A stretch of DNA of 64,000 nt from Hyaloraphidium curvatum SAG 235-1. Lineage: Eukaryota > Fungi > Monoblepharomycota. The DNA is taken from positions 930,001 to 994,000 of the forward strand of contig JAIVFI010000001.1 in NCBI GenBank assembly GCA_025558095.1, read 5' to 3'. How positions within the stretch are numbered: the stretch's first letter is position 1; the number at the start of each line of letters is the position of its first letter. Of the stretch, positions 11,919 to 24,193 are shown piece after piece. A program made the position numbers and the translations under genes. Under the pieces are notes generated by a model. That model made no database searches. It was not told the origin of the DNA and saw only the letters and a program-made list of their open reading frames with translations.

Positions 11919-13091
11919 ATGAGGCTCTCGCGCGTCCTGCGGCCTGGGGCCGATGCACGGCTCGTCCGAGCTGTCCCGCGAATAGCTGAAGCGCGATGCG
12001 GCACCAGATGCCCCGTTGCCCAGCCAATGGACTTTCTGTCGCGGCCTGCCACGCCGGCACAACGCGTCTGGGAACCCGCGTCGGCCGTCGCCGCGCGCCA
12101 ATACAGTTCCGCTCTGTCTAGGATCCGCAAGTTCTGGAAGAAGGCAGAGGTGAAGGAGACACCAGGTTGGCCGAATCAGTGTTGCCGGCGAGGCGGGGTG
12201 ATGCGAGCCGTGTTCAGAGGGGTACCTGGTCCAGCTTGATGGTCGCAACGTCAAGACCCCGGGCGGGAAGCCCCTTCTAGTCCCGAAAGACCGACGCTTG
12301 CTGGCGCACATGATTGCCGGGGAATGGGAGAGCGTGGAGAAGATGCGGTCGTATTCGATTCCTCTGGTGCTGTCACCCCCGAGTCGTGCCGTGTGCCCCC
12401 TTTGACCATGGTGGTGCAGACTTCGCTTGCGGCGCGAGCGGTCGAAGACTTCGAGGACCCTGCCATGCGGCAAAAGGCCATCCAGGACCTGCTGAAGTAC
12501 TTCCAGACCGACACGGTTTGGTGAGTGCCCACAACTGGATGGATCGGACTCCGCTGAAGGCGGAGTCTTTAGCTTCCGAGAGCCATACCCCATGACTCTG
12601 GTGGAGATGCAGAAGAACTTTTGGGACCCGTTGATTGCTTGGGTGGCGGTCGAGTTCGGCTGCGACGTCAAAGTGACCGACGGCATTGAAGCGATCACCC
12701 AAGATCCAAAGACCGTGGAGACTCTGCGAGCTGCGGTTGAGGCGCTCGATCCCTTCGAACTAGCTGGTCAGAATGTGCGACGATCCGGGGACGGAACAAG
12801 TTGCTGACCGTCGTTGCAGCTTTCGAAAGGATGGTGCTCAACACCAAGTCGTACATCATATCCCTCGCCGTCGTGAGGCGCTTCTTGAACGTGGAAGAAG
12901 CCACCGCAGCGGCCCGAGTGGAGCTTGAACATCAGATTAACCGGTGGGGCGAGGTGGAAGACAGTGAGTGTTGTTCGGTCGCGCTGGCCTGGGCGACAGC
13001 TAACAGGCTTCCGACAGCGCACGACGTCGACAGGGAGGAGATAAGGAGACAGATTGGTTCGGCAGTCATAGCCATTCTGAAAGAGCAATGA
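11919..13091 (+). CDS. ATP12: Mitochondrial F1-ATPase assembly factor Atp12/ATPAF2, 6 exons
   Basis: Presequence; RKFWKKAEV; VQLDGRNVKTPGG; LAHMIAGEW; AARVELEHQINRWGEVED-THDVD. Confidence 0.94.
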
Positions 13092-13307
13092 TATCCGACA
13101 TACCGGAATACATCGGGCGCTCTTTGGGCACCCCACGCCTTTCGATGGCAGCGACAATCTGCCGGATGATGGGGTCCGTCACCGCTCCGCGGACCGCAGC
13201 AACACCGGCATGTCGGAAGGAGGAAAGCATGTCGCGCTTTGCCCCGGTCCGAGCCCCGTTGGCGCCTACTCCAGCGGCCCCCGGCAGGGGATTCGTCCGC
13301 ATCCGAA

Positions 13308-14628
13308 TCACTTGGCCTGTGAAGCATACTTCACATGTGAAGCCCCGGGGGGTGGCGGGAGCGGCGCGTCCGCAAGCTCGTCCAAAGTTGGTGCCGGCTT
13401 TTCGGGAATGACAGCTGTGGCAGTAGCCCAAAAGTTAGCAACCGCAAAACCAGCGGCTGCCGCTCGCTCACATCCAAACGAGACGTCGTCGATGTCTTTG
13501 CCCCCCGCCTGCTTCGGCTTTCCCCATCCGACCTTGAGGACATGGCCTGCAAATGAATGAGACAAAGATCACCCTGCGCAACACGCGAAGACAACCTTTG
13601 ATGTTGCAGTTCATGAACATCTGCTCCACGGCCCGTTGTGCCCCTTCGCGTGTCGCAAAGTTGATGAAAGCCGCTCGCGATTTTCGCAGCATCGCAATGG
13701 CACGGATTTCTCCGAAAGGCAAGAACGCGGCTCGCAGGTCCGCGTCGCTAATGGCACCATCCACGCTCTGAAGGAAGACCGACGTGATGGTCGGATCGTC
13801 GGGCGCTTTCGGGAGCCTCGATTTGTCGATGCGGTTCAGCATCTTCTTCGCCACCGGGTCGTTGTTTCCGTAATAGCGGTCCTTGATGTTCTGGTTCGCC
13901 AGCTCGCCATTGTCCGTGGGAAGCTCGTGCCGGTAGGGGCACTCGGCGCCGCGGTTACACGCCCCCTTGGCAAAGAACGTGCAAAGATGCGGGCGGTTGC
14001 GCTTGTAGTAGGGGTTCTTCCGCGCCAGCCCCTTGAGCATCTCCTTGCCGGCCGCGGGAGCCGCTCCGCGACCTGCGGGGTCCGGTCCCAGTCCGTCCAG
14101 GCTAATCAGTCCCGCCGTCCCCATCGAAGCGATGGTAGGAGCTTCCCCGCGCTCAAACATCGCCTCGGCTTCCCGGATAAAGAACTGCTTGTTGACGTCC
14201 GACCGCGGCATGTCCTCGCGGAGTCCGGCCAGCGTGTCGCGCACCTGCACGGGAAGGTCTGCGAAGACGACGTCCTGCTAGAGCAACGGCACGGACGGAG
14301 CACCACAGAGACCCACTGTACTCGAGGTCCAGCACGCAGGTCTGGCAGACGTTCTTGAGCTTCGCGCACGTCTGGCAGATCTCGGTCTTCTTCTGCCGCA
14401 TCCCGGCTCCGGGAACCCATCGGAAAACGGTAAAGGGCCGGCTACATATCTTGCATTCCTTGCCGTATTTCTCCTTGGACATGCGGACATACGGGTTCTC
14501 GCCCAGGCAGGTCTCGCAGACGATGGGGAACTCTGCGCAGCGGGGGGACGGCAAATGAGCCGGGCCGCAAAACTGCGGGAGCATGGCGTCCTACCCGAGT
14601 CCTCCCATCCCGCAAATTTGGTTGTCAT
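13308..14628 (-). CDS. SLT11: Pre-mRNA splicing factor RBM22/Slt11/Cwf5 (zinc fingers and RRM)
   Basis: [56 protein letters not shown]; [29 protein letters not shown]; RRM. The 3' exon limits are approximate. Confidence 0.93.
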
Positions 14629-14695
14629 GGTGGCGGAGAGCGGCCGTGGTTTGATTTCTCCCTCTGCGCCGCGATCAAGACGAGTTTCGGAAGCG

Positions 14696-15755
14696 ATGGT
14701 CACCCTGCCGAACAAGCCGGAGAACGCTCCGGAGCACTGTCCGGGCACGGAGAGCGAGCAGGCGGGAAAGGCCGCCAGCTGCGAGGGGTGTCCGAACCAG
14801 AATGTCTGCGCTACGACGCCCAAGGGGCCGGACCCGGACATCCCCTTCATCCGGGAGCGAATGCGCCGCGTGAAGCGCAAGGTGCTCGTCCTGTCGGGCA
14901 AGGGCGGCGTGGGAAAGAGCACTTTTACGTCCCAGCTGGGTTTCACGCTGTCTAGGGTGGAGGATCTGCAGGTGGGCCGCACGTCGCCGTTCCCGGTCAC
15001 CGGGTGCCAACCATCGCCGCAGATCGGGATCTGCGATATCGATGTCACGGGGCCCAGCCAACCGAAGATCATGGGGCTCGAGGGAGAACCCGTCCACCAG
15101 AGCAACTCGGGCTGGTCGCCGGTCTACGTCGAGGACAACCTGGCGGTCATGTCCATCGGCTTCATGCTCCAGACGACGGATGATGCCGTCATCTGGCGGG
15201 GCCCGAAGAAGAACGGGCTCATCAAGCAGTTCCTGAAGGACGTGGAATGGAGCGATTTGGACTACCTGCTCGTCGACACCCCGCCGGGGACGTCCGACGA
15301 GCACCTCTCGATCGTGCAGTACCTGAAGGACACGGGCATCGATGGCGCCGTTCTGGTCACCACGCCGCAGGAGGTGTCGCTGCAGGATGTCCGCAAGGAG
15401 ATATCGTTCTGCCGGAAAGTGGGCCTGCGGATCCTGGGTCTGGTGGAGAACATGAGCGGCTTCGTGTGCCCAAAGTGCACAAAGACCAGCGAAATCTTCC
15501 CGGCCACGACGGGCGGGGCGGCGAAAATGGCAAAGGACATGGGGCTGGAGTTCCTGGGAGCCATCCCCCTCGACCCGCGGATCGTCTACTGCTGCGACCG
15601 AGGCCTGTCGTTCGTCGACGAGTACTCTGACTCGCCGGCAGCGGCGGCCTACATTGACATCGTGAACAGTGGGTGTTCCTTGCTATGGCTAGCCGACGTG
15701 GCCCTGACGCGTTGCAGAAATTCGTTCCCTCGTGCCCGTGGATGCTGTGGTTTGA
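14696..15755 (+). CDS. NBP35: Cytosolic Fe-S cluster assembly factor Nbp35/NUBP1
   Basis: [28 protein letters not shown]; [10 protein letters not shown]; IWRGPKK; [10 protein letters not shown]; [11 protein letters not shown]. Confidence 0.96.
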
Positions 15756-15839
15756 TCATTTTTGGCGCGGTCTTCGGTTGACCCTTACCCAATTGGGTTG
15801 AGGTGATTGATGATGTTATCCAAGAACGATAAATGTACT

Positions 15840-16700
15840 CTACTCTTCCTCCTCATCCTCAGCACCGTCGCCGTCTTCCGCCCCGTCCTCGTCCGTTGCA
15901 CCACCGTCCTCTCCGAGATCCACCATCAAACCCTCTTCCTCCTCGAATGCTTCACTCTCCGGCACTTCCCCGAGGAACCAACGATATGCCGACTTGTAAA
16001 AGTCCAGCAGCATCTCCGCCAGCATCGTGTCCGAGGTGGAGACCCACGCGAAAAAGACCACGTCGGACGGCTGGTCCCGTTTGGAGCCCCCTTTGGGCTC
16101 CGAGGCGACCATTTCGAGCTCCGTCCGCTCCAGCACCTCGCCATCCTCCTTTCCCTCTTCGTCCTCGCCGAGCAGCACGGTCTTGGTGAGTTCCGTGTTC
16201 TGCTGGCGACGTGAGAACCACGTGATTGCGCGCGCAGTGCCCTATTCCTACCTTGAAAGGCCGCTGGCCGCCTTCCTCGAAGCGGAACTTGACCGTGACC
16301 TTGCGCGGGTCCTCCGCGTCGCGTCCGATGTGGACGTCCTTGAGGTCCTCGAGCGCGGCGTGGTCGCCGCTGTCCCAGAGGTCCTCTTGGGTCAGCTTGT
16401 TGGCCGCCCAGTGCTCGACCGCCTTCTTCCAAAAGTCCGGGAACCTCTGGATGGCAGAGCCCTGGTAGAACGAGCGAAGAACGTCCAGTTTTCGTTGCTC
16501 CAGCTCCGCTACGAGCTTGGCCTGCGCGGCCTCGAACTCGTGCTGCACGGGGCGTCAGTGCGCCGGCCGAGGGCAGCAGCCGCAGCAGAACCCACATCCA
16601 GCTGCTCGAGCTTCTCATCGAGGTCGGCAAAGACGCCAGCGTCGCTTGCCGTCTCGGAGACGTCCTCCGCCTCGACCTTTTGTCTCTTCGCGGATGCCAT
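15840..16700 (-). CDS. NAP-family histone chaperone (Vps75/SET-like), 3 exons
   Basis: Dimerisation helix, IQRFPDFWKKAV, VKFRFEE..PFK-NTELTK, FFAW and a long acidic C-terminal tail. Confidence 0.75.
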
Positions 16701-16866
16701 GGTCGCCCGGTCGCGCACGTGCCCTTCAGGCGCCAGACACGCGCAGAGGTGGACTCAAAAGAGGACGAAGGACGTGTGGCGAGCCGCGATGCGGCCTGCC
16801 AAAGGGCAAAGAACGGATGGCGTCTCGGTGCTTGAGGGACGCGCAGGCGCCCGATCACGCACATCA

Positions 16867-18457
16867 TCACGACGGGGTGGTTTCGGTGAAGGCTACAGGC
16901 GCCGCGCTGCCCAATGGTCCCAACGCCAGTGCCTTGTACGTCTCCCCCATCCCCGCCCGGCTCGTGAGCCGGTCGTACGCCGACACCAGCTCCTTCCTCT
17001 CGCCGTCCGACCGCGCCGACCGCAGCAGCGCCTCCAACCGGGCCTGAATGCCGAGCTCGTGGAGCAGCCGCGACTGGGTCACGGGGCCAAAGGCCGCGGC
17101 GAGCCCTTCGGCGGCCGCGCGGAGCTGGGAAAAGTCCACGTCGACGCTGAGGTCGGATTCGCCGGGGGAGCTCAGGGCGTCGCGGAAGCCATGGCTCTTG
17201 ATCGCCTGACGGGAATGGTGAGCGGTCGCCGAAAGGCCCTAAAGCATGCGCTCCCACCCTCAAACTGTTGCTAGAGATGCGATCGTGCCCGTAATCGATG
17301 ATGAGCGCGGTCCCCCCGGAGGCGTGGATCCGCTTCGCGATCTCGTTGCCGATCCTGAAGCACTCGGGAGAAACCTCGATTCTGTCACCGATCCTGAAGT
17401 TCCTATAGCGATCGACGAGGGAGAGCGCCCCGGAGGCAGGGGTGGGCTTGGGGGCGAGCACGTAGCGGAAATGGAGGTCCGAGCCAGGAGACTCGTCCAC
17501 GTCGACCATGATCTCGCGCCAGCCCTTGTCCGTCATCTGTGGAGCACAGATCCGCGGTCAGTTCCCCGTGCCGGTCCACAGCCTGCAAGAGACGAGCCTC
17601 GAACTTGTTCACGGGGAGCGCGTCGAAAAACTCGTGCGCGATGAAGAAGGACCAGCGATCGCGGGCGACGACTGCCAGCTCGGCGTGCCATTCAAATTCC
17701 AGGCCGTCTTTTCTCCGCAGCTTCAGCGCAGCTCCAGTTTTCGGGTCCACTTCCGGTTCCGGCCCGTCCGTCAGCGCCCGAGCCTGCATCCGGGAGAGCT
17801 CGGGCCCGGCCTCAACCAGCTCAACCTTCCCTATTGCCTTGTAGACGTCCGGAAACTGGCGGAGGATCTTTGGTCCCCGGGAGGATTCATCCCGTGAGCG
17901 TCCAGCGGGCGGAGGCTCGGTGCGGTCCCCACCCGCAGCATGTCGGCCATGAGGGTGCCCCTCCCCGGCCCCAGCTCCACGATGGATACCCCGATGGGCT
18001 TTCCGAGCGCCTCCCACTGCATGATGAACCAGAAGCCGACAAGCTGTCAAGCGCGCCCCGTTGCCCGTGAGCTGCCCTGAACGTGCCGCCCCATGCACCC
18101 CGTCCCCACCTCGCCGTACATCTGGCTGATCTCGGGCCCCGTCACAAAGTCCCCGCGGGCGCCGAACACGTCCCCGCGCATGTAGTACCCCCCCAGCGCG
18201 CTGGTCAGCGCGAGGGTCATGTACTGCGCGACCGTCAGCGGGCCCTGCACGCGGATCGCGTCCTTCATGAAGCGGGCCAGGGGAGTCTCGGGCTCCCTTG
18301 CGGTCGAGAGGTGCCGGGAGGACGGGCGGCGTGCCGGGCGGGGCAGCGGGACGCGCGGCGCGGACAGCGCGGCACCGCCGCGGCACGCCGGGCAGCCGAT
18401 CGCGGCCGGCCGCAGCGGGCCGATGCGCTGCGAGGCCGCCAGCGCGAGGCGGCCCAT
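16867..18457 (-). CDS. NDUFAF7: Mitochondrial protein-arginine methyltransferase NDUFAF7/MidA
   Basis: GPLTVAQYM..GGYYM..FGARGDFVTGPEISQMYGE; VELGPGRGTLMAD; AHEFFDALP; LIIDYG; DLSVDVDF; MGETYK. Confidence 0.95.
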
Positions 18458-18558
18458 CGTCGGCCCGGGCTGCGAATCCGAGATCGATCGAGTCTCTGTT
18501 TGCTCAGCGTCGCTGATCAGAGGAGTGATACCGCGACAGACCTCCAGCAGCGGGAGCA

Positions 18559-19322
18559 ATGCGCCGAAAAACCAGCGCGGCTTTCCTGATCCTCGCGGCT
18601 CTCGCGCTGTGCGGCGGCGCGGCGGCGGCCGGCACGGCGGTGCGCGGCACGCTCAACGCCAACGACGTGCTCAAGGACCTCGACGACCTCGACAAGGGCG
18701 CGACCGTCACGCTCGACTTTGGCAAGCACGTCGGCTTCCCGCGCTCCGACGGCTCCTTCTCCATGTGGGCCGCTGCCTTGCCGGCACCGGGTCCCCCGAG
18801 GCCTGACCCAATCTTGTGTCTTCGCGCCCGCCAGCCCCGACGTCCCGCCCGGCCTGTACATCCTCGAGGTCACCTCGGTGCTCTACATCTACGACCGTCT
18901 GTGGATCGAGGTCGACGCCGACGGCGTGCGCGCCTCGACCTACGTGCCGGGCACAGAGTACGAGCGCAACGCCGCCTACGCGGTGCCGTACCCGCTGGAG
19001 CTGGCGCCGCGGGCGCCGTACTCGTACTTTACCCCGCGGGAGGGGTTCAATTTCTTTGCGATCCTGCAGGTGCGTTGTGTCGGGTCGCGCAGAGGGACGC
19101 AGTGCTGAATTGTCCCGGTTCCTTCTCTGCCGGTGCCCTCGTTGCCCGCCTCTGCAGAACCCCATGATCCTGATGATGGGCTTCATGCTCGTGGGCGTTT
19201 ACCTGCTGCCCAAGCTCGCCGAGGGCATCGACCCGGAGGAGCTGAAGCGGGTCCAGGAGGAGCAGGCAAAGGGGCCGCTGGGGATGCTGAGCAAATCGGC
19301 CCAGGCCATGCAGAGCCGGTAG
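18559..19322 (+). CDS. EMC7: ER membrane protein complex subunit 7 (EMC7/DUF2012), 3 exons
   Basis: Signal peptide; DGSFSI-PDVPPGLYILEV; YFTPREGFNFFAILQ-NPMILMMGF..YLLPKL..IDPEELK. Confidence 0.88.
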
Positions 19323-19418
19323 ATGCCTGTCGAGGACTGGTCGATCGCGCAGAGCTCTTTCACGGTCGGAGCGGGCGGAGATAGCGCGCAAACGCTGCGC
19401 GGCACGGGCAATCGAGCT

Positions 19419-20845
19419 TTATTCGGCCATATCGTCTTCGAGATCCATCGCGGCGATCGCTGCCTCGTCAATGTCGTCGAACTCGTCGATCGCCGCCCGC
19501 ACGGCGTCTTGCGCCGGGGCCGGATCGGCGGCGGGAGGATCGGCCGCAGCCGGTTCGGCGAGCTCCAGATCGCCCGCCGGCGCCTCCAGTTCCACCCCCG
19601 AGAGGATGGCGTCAAAGTCCCCGAAATCGTCGTCGAAATCGTCCTCCACGTCCCCGCATTTGGGTCCGGCTGTGGCCAGTCCGCCGAGCGTGGCCGCGGA
19701 CCCCGGCTCCTTCGCCGTCGCCTCCCGCGCCTCCTCCAGCATGAGCTGCGCGATCGGATCCGGCACGAGCTCGGGCTCGGCAGCGGGCTCGGGCTCCGCA
19801 GCGGGCTCGGGTTCCGGCAGCGCCTCGGCGCCCTGAGCGGTCAGCAGCGCCCGCAGCTCGTCCTCGCCGTCGTCCCGTTCGTGACGATCGTTCGTGTCCT
19901 GCCCTCCCTCCCTCTCCACTTCGTCCTGTGCCCGCCAAGCGGCCTCCATCTCCATCTCCGCCTCTTCGTCCGCATGCAGCTCCCGCTCCGCCTCGCGCCA
20001 CGCCTCGTCCTCCTCCTCGAGCACCCGCTTCGCCCGCTCCTGCTCGCGTTTGCGCTCCTCCAGGCGCAGCAGCGCCAGCCGCTTGTTCTCCTCGATGCGC
20101 TGCAGCGCAGCGGCGTCGACGGTGGTGATGAAGCCGTCGTCGCCGGCGGGCCCCGCGCCCTCGCCGTCCGAGTCCGAGTGCTCGTCGAAGGGATTCTGGC
20201 CTCCCCGGTCGAGCTCCTCTTCTGCGGATTCAGGGAGCCCGATGAGCAGGAAATGCAACAAGAGGACTTTGGCGCCCCACCTTGCTCCTCCTCCCCCCTG
20301 GCCTTGCGCAGCCGGTCCCGCCTCCACTGCTCCAGGTGCGTCTTGACCCTCCTCTCCCTGCACACCTTTTCCGCCCTGTCGACGAACGCGTCGAACGACA
20401 GCCTGGGAAAGAGGCCGTGCGCCCAGAACTGGTACATCTCCATGAGCCGCTGCAGGTCGTCGAACTGCGTCCATGGCGGGGAGGGACGCGGTCAGCGGGC
20501 CCCGGACGCGCACGCAATCCCCCCCGCCGCACCTCGTGGCCCTTGCCCTTGAGCTTGATCGACTGCAGCTGCTTCTTGAGCTTGGGCAGGCCGTTCTCGG
20601 ACAGCAGGCTGCGGGGCGTTGGGACCGGCGTACCCGGGCGGGCGGGGCACCCACAGGTCCGCGTCGAGCTTGGGGGCGGGCGGGCGCAGCGCGGTCTTTT
20701 TGCGCTTCTGGCCGGCGGCGGGGGCCGAGAGGTCGCGGAGCGGGGCGGGGCCGGCGGGCTGCGGCGGGGGGTCCGCGCCAAAGTCGAGCGCGGGGGGGAG
20801 CTCGTCCGACGCGTCCGACGCGGGAGAAGGTGGCCGGCGGAGCAT
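19419..20845 (-). CDS. CSM3: Replication fork protection protein Csm3/Swi3/TIPIN
   Basis: PKLDAD-LLSENGLPKL..KGKGHE-FDDLQRLMEMYQFWAHGLFPRLSFDAFVDRAEK (Swi3 domain); acidic tail with IEENKRLALLR. Confidence 0.9.
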
Positions 20846-21014
20846 TGTGGCACCAATAAAATCGCAGGAGTGATCCGACGGCAGAGGGAGCCGCGGAAAT
20901 AGCAAGCCCAATCGCGAAAGCGGAAGGATGGGTGGGAAGGGGATTTCCGGCCCCGAGGTGCCTAATACTAATATTGAAACTTCGGCCGCGTGGATCCGGG
21001 GGGCGGGCGCGGGC

Positions 21015-22998
21015 ATGGTGCTCGTGCTCGAGGCGTCGTTCCCCGACAGCGGCGACGGCGTGTTCTGGGCGGGCGAGCGGCTGACGTGCCGCGTTGTGCT
21101 GCGGAACGCGGGCGGGCGGGCGGCGCCGCGGGCAGCCGAGCCGCGGCCGCCGTCGCCGCCGCCGCCGCGCCGCGGCATCCTCTCGTCGGTCGTGCGGTCC
21201 GTCGCGCGCGGCGCGTGGTCGGTGCTCGGCTTCGGCGACGACGCGGAAAACACGGAGGACGCGGAGAGCGCGGACGGCGCCCCACTGCAGGCGGCGCCCG
21301 ATCACGCCGGCATTAAATCGGACGCGCATGCGGAGCCACGCGGGCAGAAGGAGCCGCCCGGCGAGGACGGGCCGCGGGGCTCGGAGCCCGACGCGGCAAA
21401 CGGCCCGCCGCTGCACGCCCCGGCTCCCCTCCCCGCACAATCGCCCGCGCCGTCGGAAGCGGACTTTGCCTCCCTGCCGCCGCCGTCGCCCGGTCCACGC
21501 CGCCCGGCGTCGGGAGGCCCCCCCGCACCGCCACGGACAGAGCGGCTGGCCTACGGCTTCGTGCAGCTGGCCGGCCTGCTGCATTTCGACCCCGGCGCCA
21601 TCGCCGCGCCGCCCTTTGACGCGCTGCGCACCCGCGCAATGTACCACCCGCAGGGCGCGGGCGGCTACGGCGGCGGGGGCAGCCTGTTTGCGGGGCAGAA
21701 GCGCGACGGCAAGGACGACGCGCGCGCCATCCCCGTCTACTCCGGGCCGCCTTCCATCCTTTTCGTGGACCTGAATCTGGAGCCCGGGGAGTCGCGGACA
21801 TGTGCGTCCGTCTGCGGCCGCCTTCAGCCCCCGTGACCGCTTACACGTTCCGCAGACAAATACTCGCTCCTCCTCCCGGATTCGCTCCCCCCTTCCCACC
21901 GCGGGCGCCTCGCCCGTTTTTCCTACCGCCTGGTCATCGGGATCCAGCGCGGTGCCCTGGATCGCGGCACCCAGAATTTCCAGGTGCCGTTCCGCCTCTT
22001 CAACAAGGTCGAGGGTAAGTTCGCCTCGGCCAGCGCCCTTCCTTCTCCCCCTCATGTGCTGCCCAACACGGTAGAGGACTTTTCGCGACCCGTGTACGAC
22101 GTGCTGAACCCCGTCGTGGTGAACACGGACGAGGCCTCGGTGGTGTGCCTCGAGGACGGCCCGGACCCGGATGAAGCGGCCGACGCGGCGCAGGAGGAGC
22201 TGCTGGACATCCTCAAGCGCGGCTACGAGGACGGCCCGCTGTCGCCCGTGGACGTGCAGGAGGAGCAGGAGCGGATCGAGTACCTGAAGCACCCCAGCCT
22301 GCACCACGCCATGCTGGCGTGCCAGCAGAATTCGCGCGCCACCTTCGACATCTGCAAGAACACGGAGCACGTGGCGCAGTTTGTCCTGGCGCGGACGTCC
22401 TTCCGGATCGGCGACTCGGTCGTGGGCATCATCAAGTTCCACAAGGGGACCGTGCCGTGCTACCAGATCTCGGTCTTCCTCGAGGCCGTCGAGACCGTGC
22501 GGCCCGAGTTCGTGCCCAGGCAGGGGCACCCGCCCGCGCAGTCGCGCAGGATCCTCGCGGAGCACCACGAGTTCTGCCTCAACACCAAACGGACCCAGGT
22601 GCTTCTCCCCATCCCGACAAACTGCACGCCGGACTTTGTCACCACCGCCGGTGGGTTTCGTGGCCCGCGCCCTGCGAACGGGTTTGCTCACCTTCCCGCC
22701 CGTTTGCGCCTCGCAGTCTCGCTGTCGTACGGCATCCGGATCGAGTTCATCACGGGCGCCCGCGACCGGATGCAGACCACGCGGCACGTGCCCGACGCCG
22801 CCGCCGTCCACTCGCACGGCGCCGCCGTTGCCGAGGTCGAGTCCTTTGACTGCACGATACCCATCAAGGTGCGCTCCGCCGGACGACTTGTCGGGATCGC
22901 TCCGCCTAACGCCTTTTCGCTTCCTTTTCGCCTCCTAGGTCTATGGGGCCTCGCCGCCGCCCACGCTGGCGCGCTTCCTGCAGTACAGCGTCGCGTGA
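21015..22998 (+). CDS. RGP1: Rgp1 (Ric1-Rgp1 GEF complex subunit)
   Basis: [89 protein letters not shown]. Confidence 0.88.
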
Positions 22999-23022
22999 TT
23001 CCTACGATTCCCAATATACCCG

Positions 23023-23646
23023 CTAGGCCGCGGCTTCCGGCCGCGCCTTGGGCCGAACCGAGAACGAAACGGCCGGCACAAAGTCCGCGAGGTCCGACGC
23101 CTCCGCCGCGGGGTCGGCCCCGCCGTCCGCCTTTTCCGGCCCGCCCACGCGCAGCGACGCCACCCCTCTCGCCAAGAACGCCTCCTCGATGCGCTTCCGC
23201 AGCGCCAGCGCGTGTTCGCAAACGTGGTCCCGCTCCCTGCTCAGCAGCAGGTAGTTGTCCAGCCCGCCCTTCTTGTGGATCGTCTTCTGCACGCGCGCCG
23301 TAACGCGCATCCGCACGGTCTCGCCGAGCAGCTCCGAGTGGAAGTGCGAGAGCACCACGTTGGGCTTGAAGCGGCGCTTGGTGCGGTTGCCGAACGCCGA
23401 CACGCGGTTGCCGGCCCGCACGCGCGCGCCGCCGAGCACCGTCGGCGTGTCGGCCGGCACGCCCTTGAACACCGCCGGCCAGAACCCGAGCTGCGAGGAG
23501 GGGGGAGGGCATGCGGGGCGAGGCGAACAGACGCCGGACACACAAACGCGGGCGGCGGTCAGCGCGGCGCGTAGCAGGGCCCGCCGCAGACCTACGATTC
23601 GCTGGACCTGAGTGAGTTTCTTGTACGCGGATGGCCGATTCGTCAT
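23023..23646 (-). CDS. Mitochondrial ribosomal protein bL28m, 2 exons
   Basis: GARVRAGNRVSAFGNRTKRRFKPNV..HSELLGETVRMRVTARVQKTIHKKGGLDNYLL. Predicted first exon MTNRPSAYKKLTQ. Confidence 0.9.
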   Translation of the reverse strand: MTNRPSAYKKLTQVQRIVGLRRALLRAALTAARVCVSGVCSPRPACPPPSSQLGFWPAVFKGVPADTPTVLGGARVRAGNRVSAFGNRTKRRFKPNVVLSHFHSELLGETVRMRVTARVQKTIHKKGGLDNYLLLSRERDHVCEHALALRKRIEEAFLARGVASLRVGGPEKADGGADPAAEASDLADFVPAVSFSVRPKARPEAAA

Positions 23647-24193
23647 CCTTGGGTGTAGGGTACGTTGGTTTTTATGAAGCATCACTCACCACCGACAGAC
23701 CTCCGTCAATGCATGCTCACTCTCGGGTTGCGGGAAGCCTCATAGCTTCTAGGACCTTTTCCTACTCAGTATTGCAAGCAGGAACAGGGCTCCAACGCCG
23801 ATCCGTGCTATGGCCAGCGTAGGCGCCCTTAACCCGTGATGCACGGCCTTCCTCGAGCAAGCCGGGCCGTCTGAAACGATGTACACAGGTAGTGAGAGCG
23901 CCGAATGCCCCTTATTCGGTCTCTAGCAATTGTGGTTGCAGAGCGGACGAGTTAGGGGCGAGGCAAGGCACCAGAAAGGGTCCTGCACGGTGCAAAGAGG
24001 GAATGCGAAAGAGTGGATGTGACCCGATTGGCTTCGCAAAACGCTGATATTTGCTGGGCGGGAAGTGAGGGAACAAGGGCCGAATATCGCATGGTGACTC
24101 GGTTTGGGGGATCGTGGGGACGCAGCTGTGGCAAGAACCACGGATTCGGCTCTCCGGTCGCATGTCAGCAGCGCTAGCGTGCGGCTATGAAGT

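Noticed and set aside
19419-22817. 1132-aa minus-strand ORF
   Set aside because: Artefact of extreme GC. Only its last part is the real CSM3 final exon; the rest is antisense to RGP1 and low-complexity R/G/A.
23894-23927. Hairpin plus CTAG as a Helitron 3' end
   Set aside because: CTAG overlaps the stem and is followed by C rather than T; no matching 5' end or Rep/helicase was seen.
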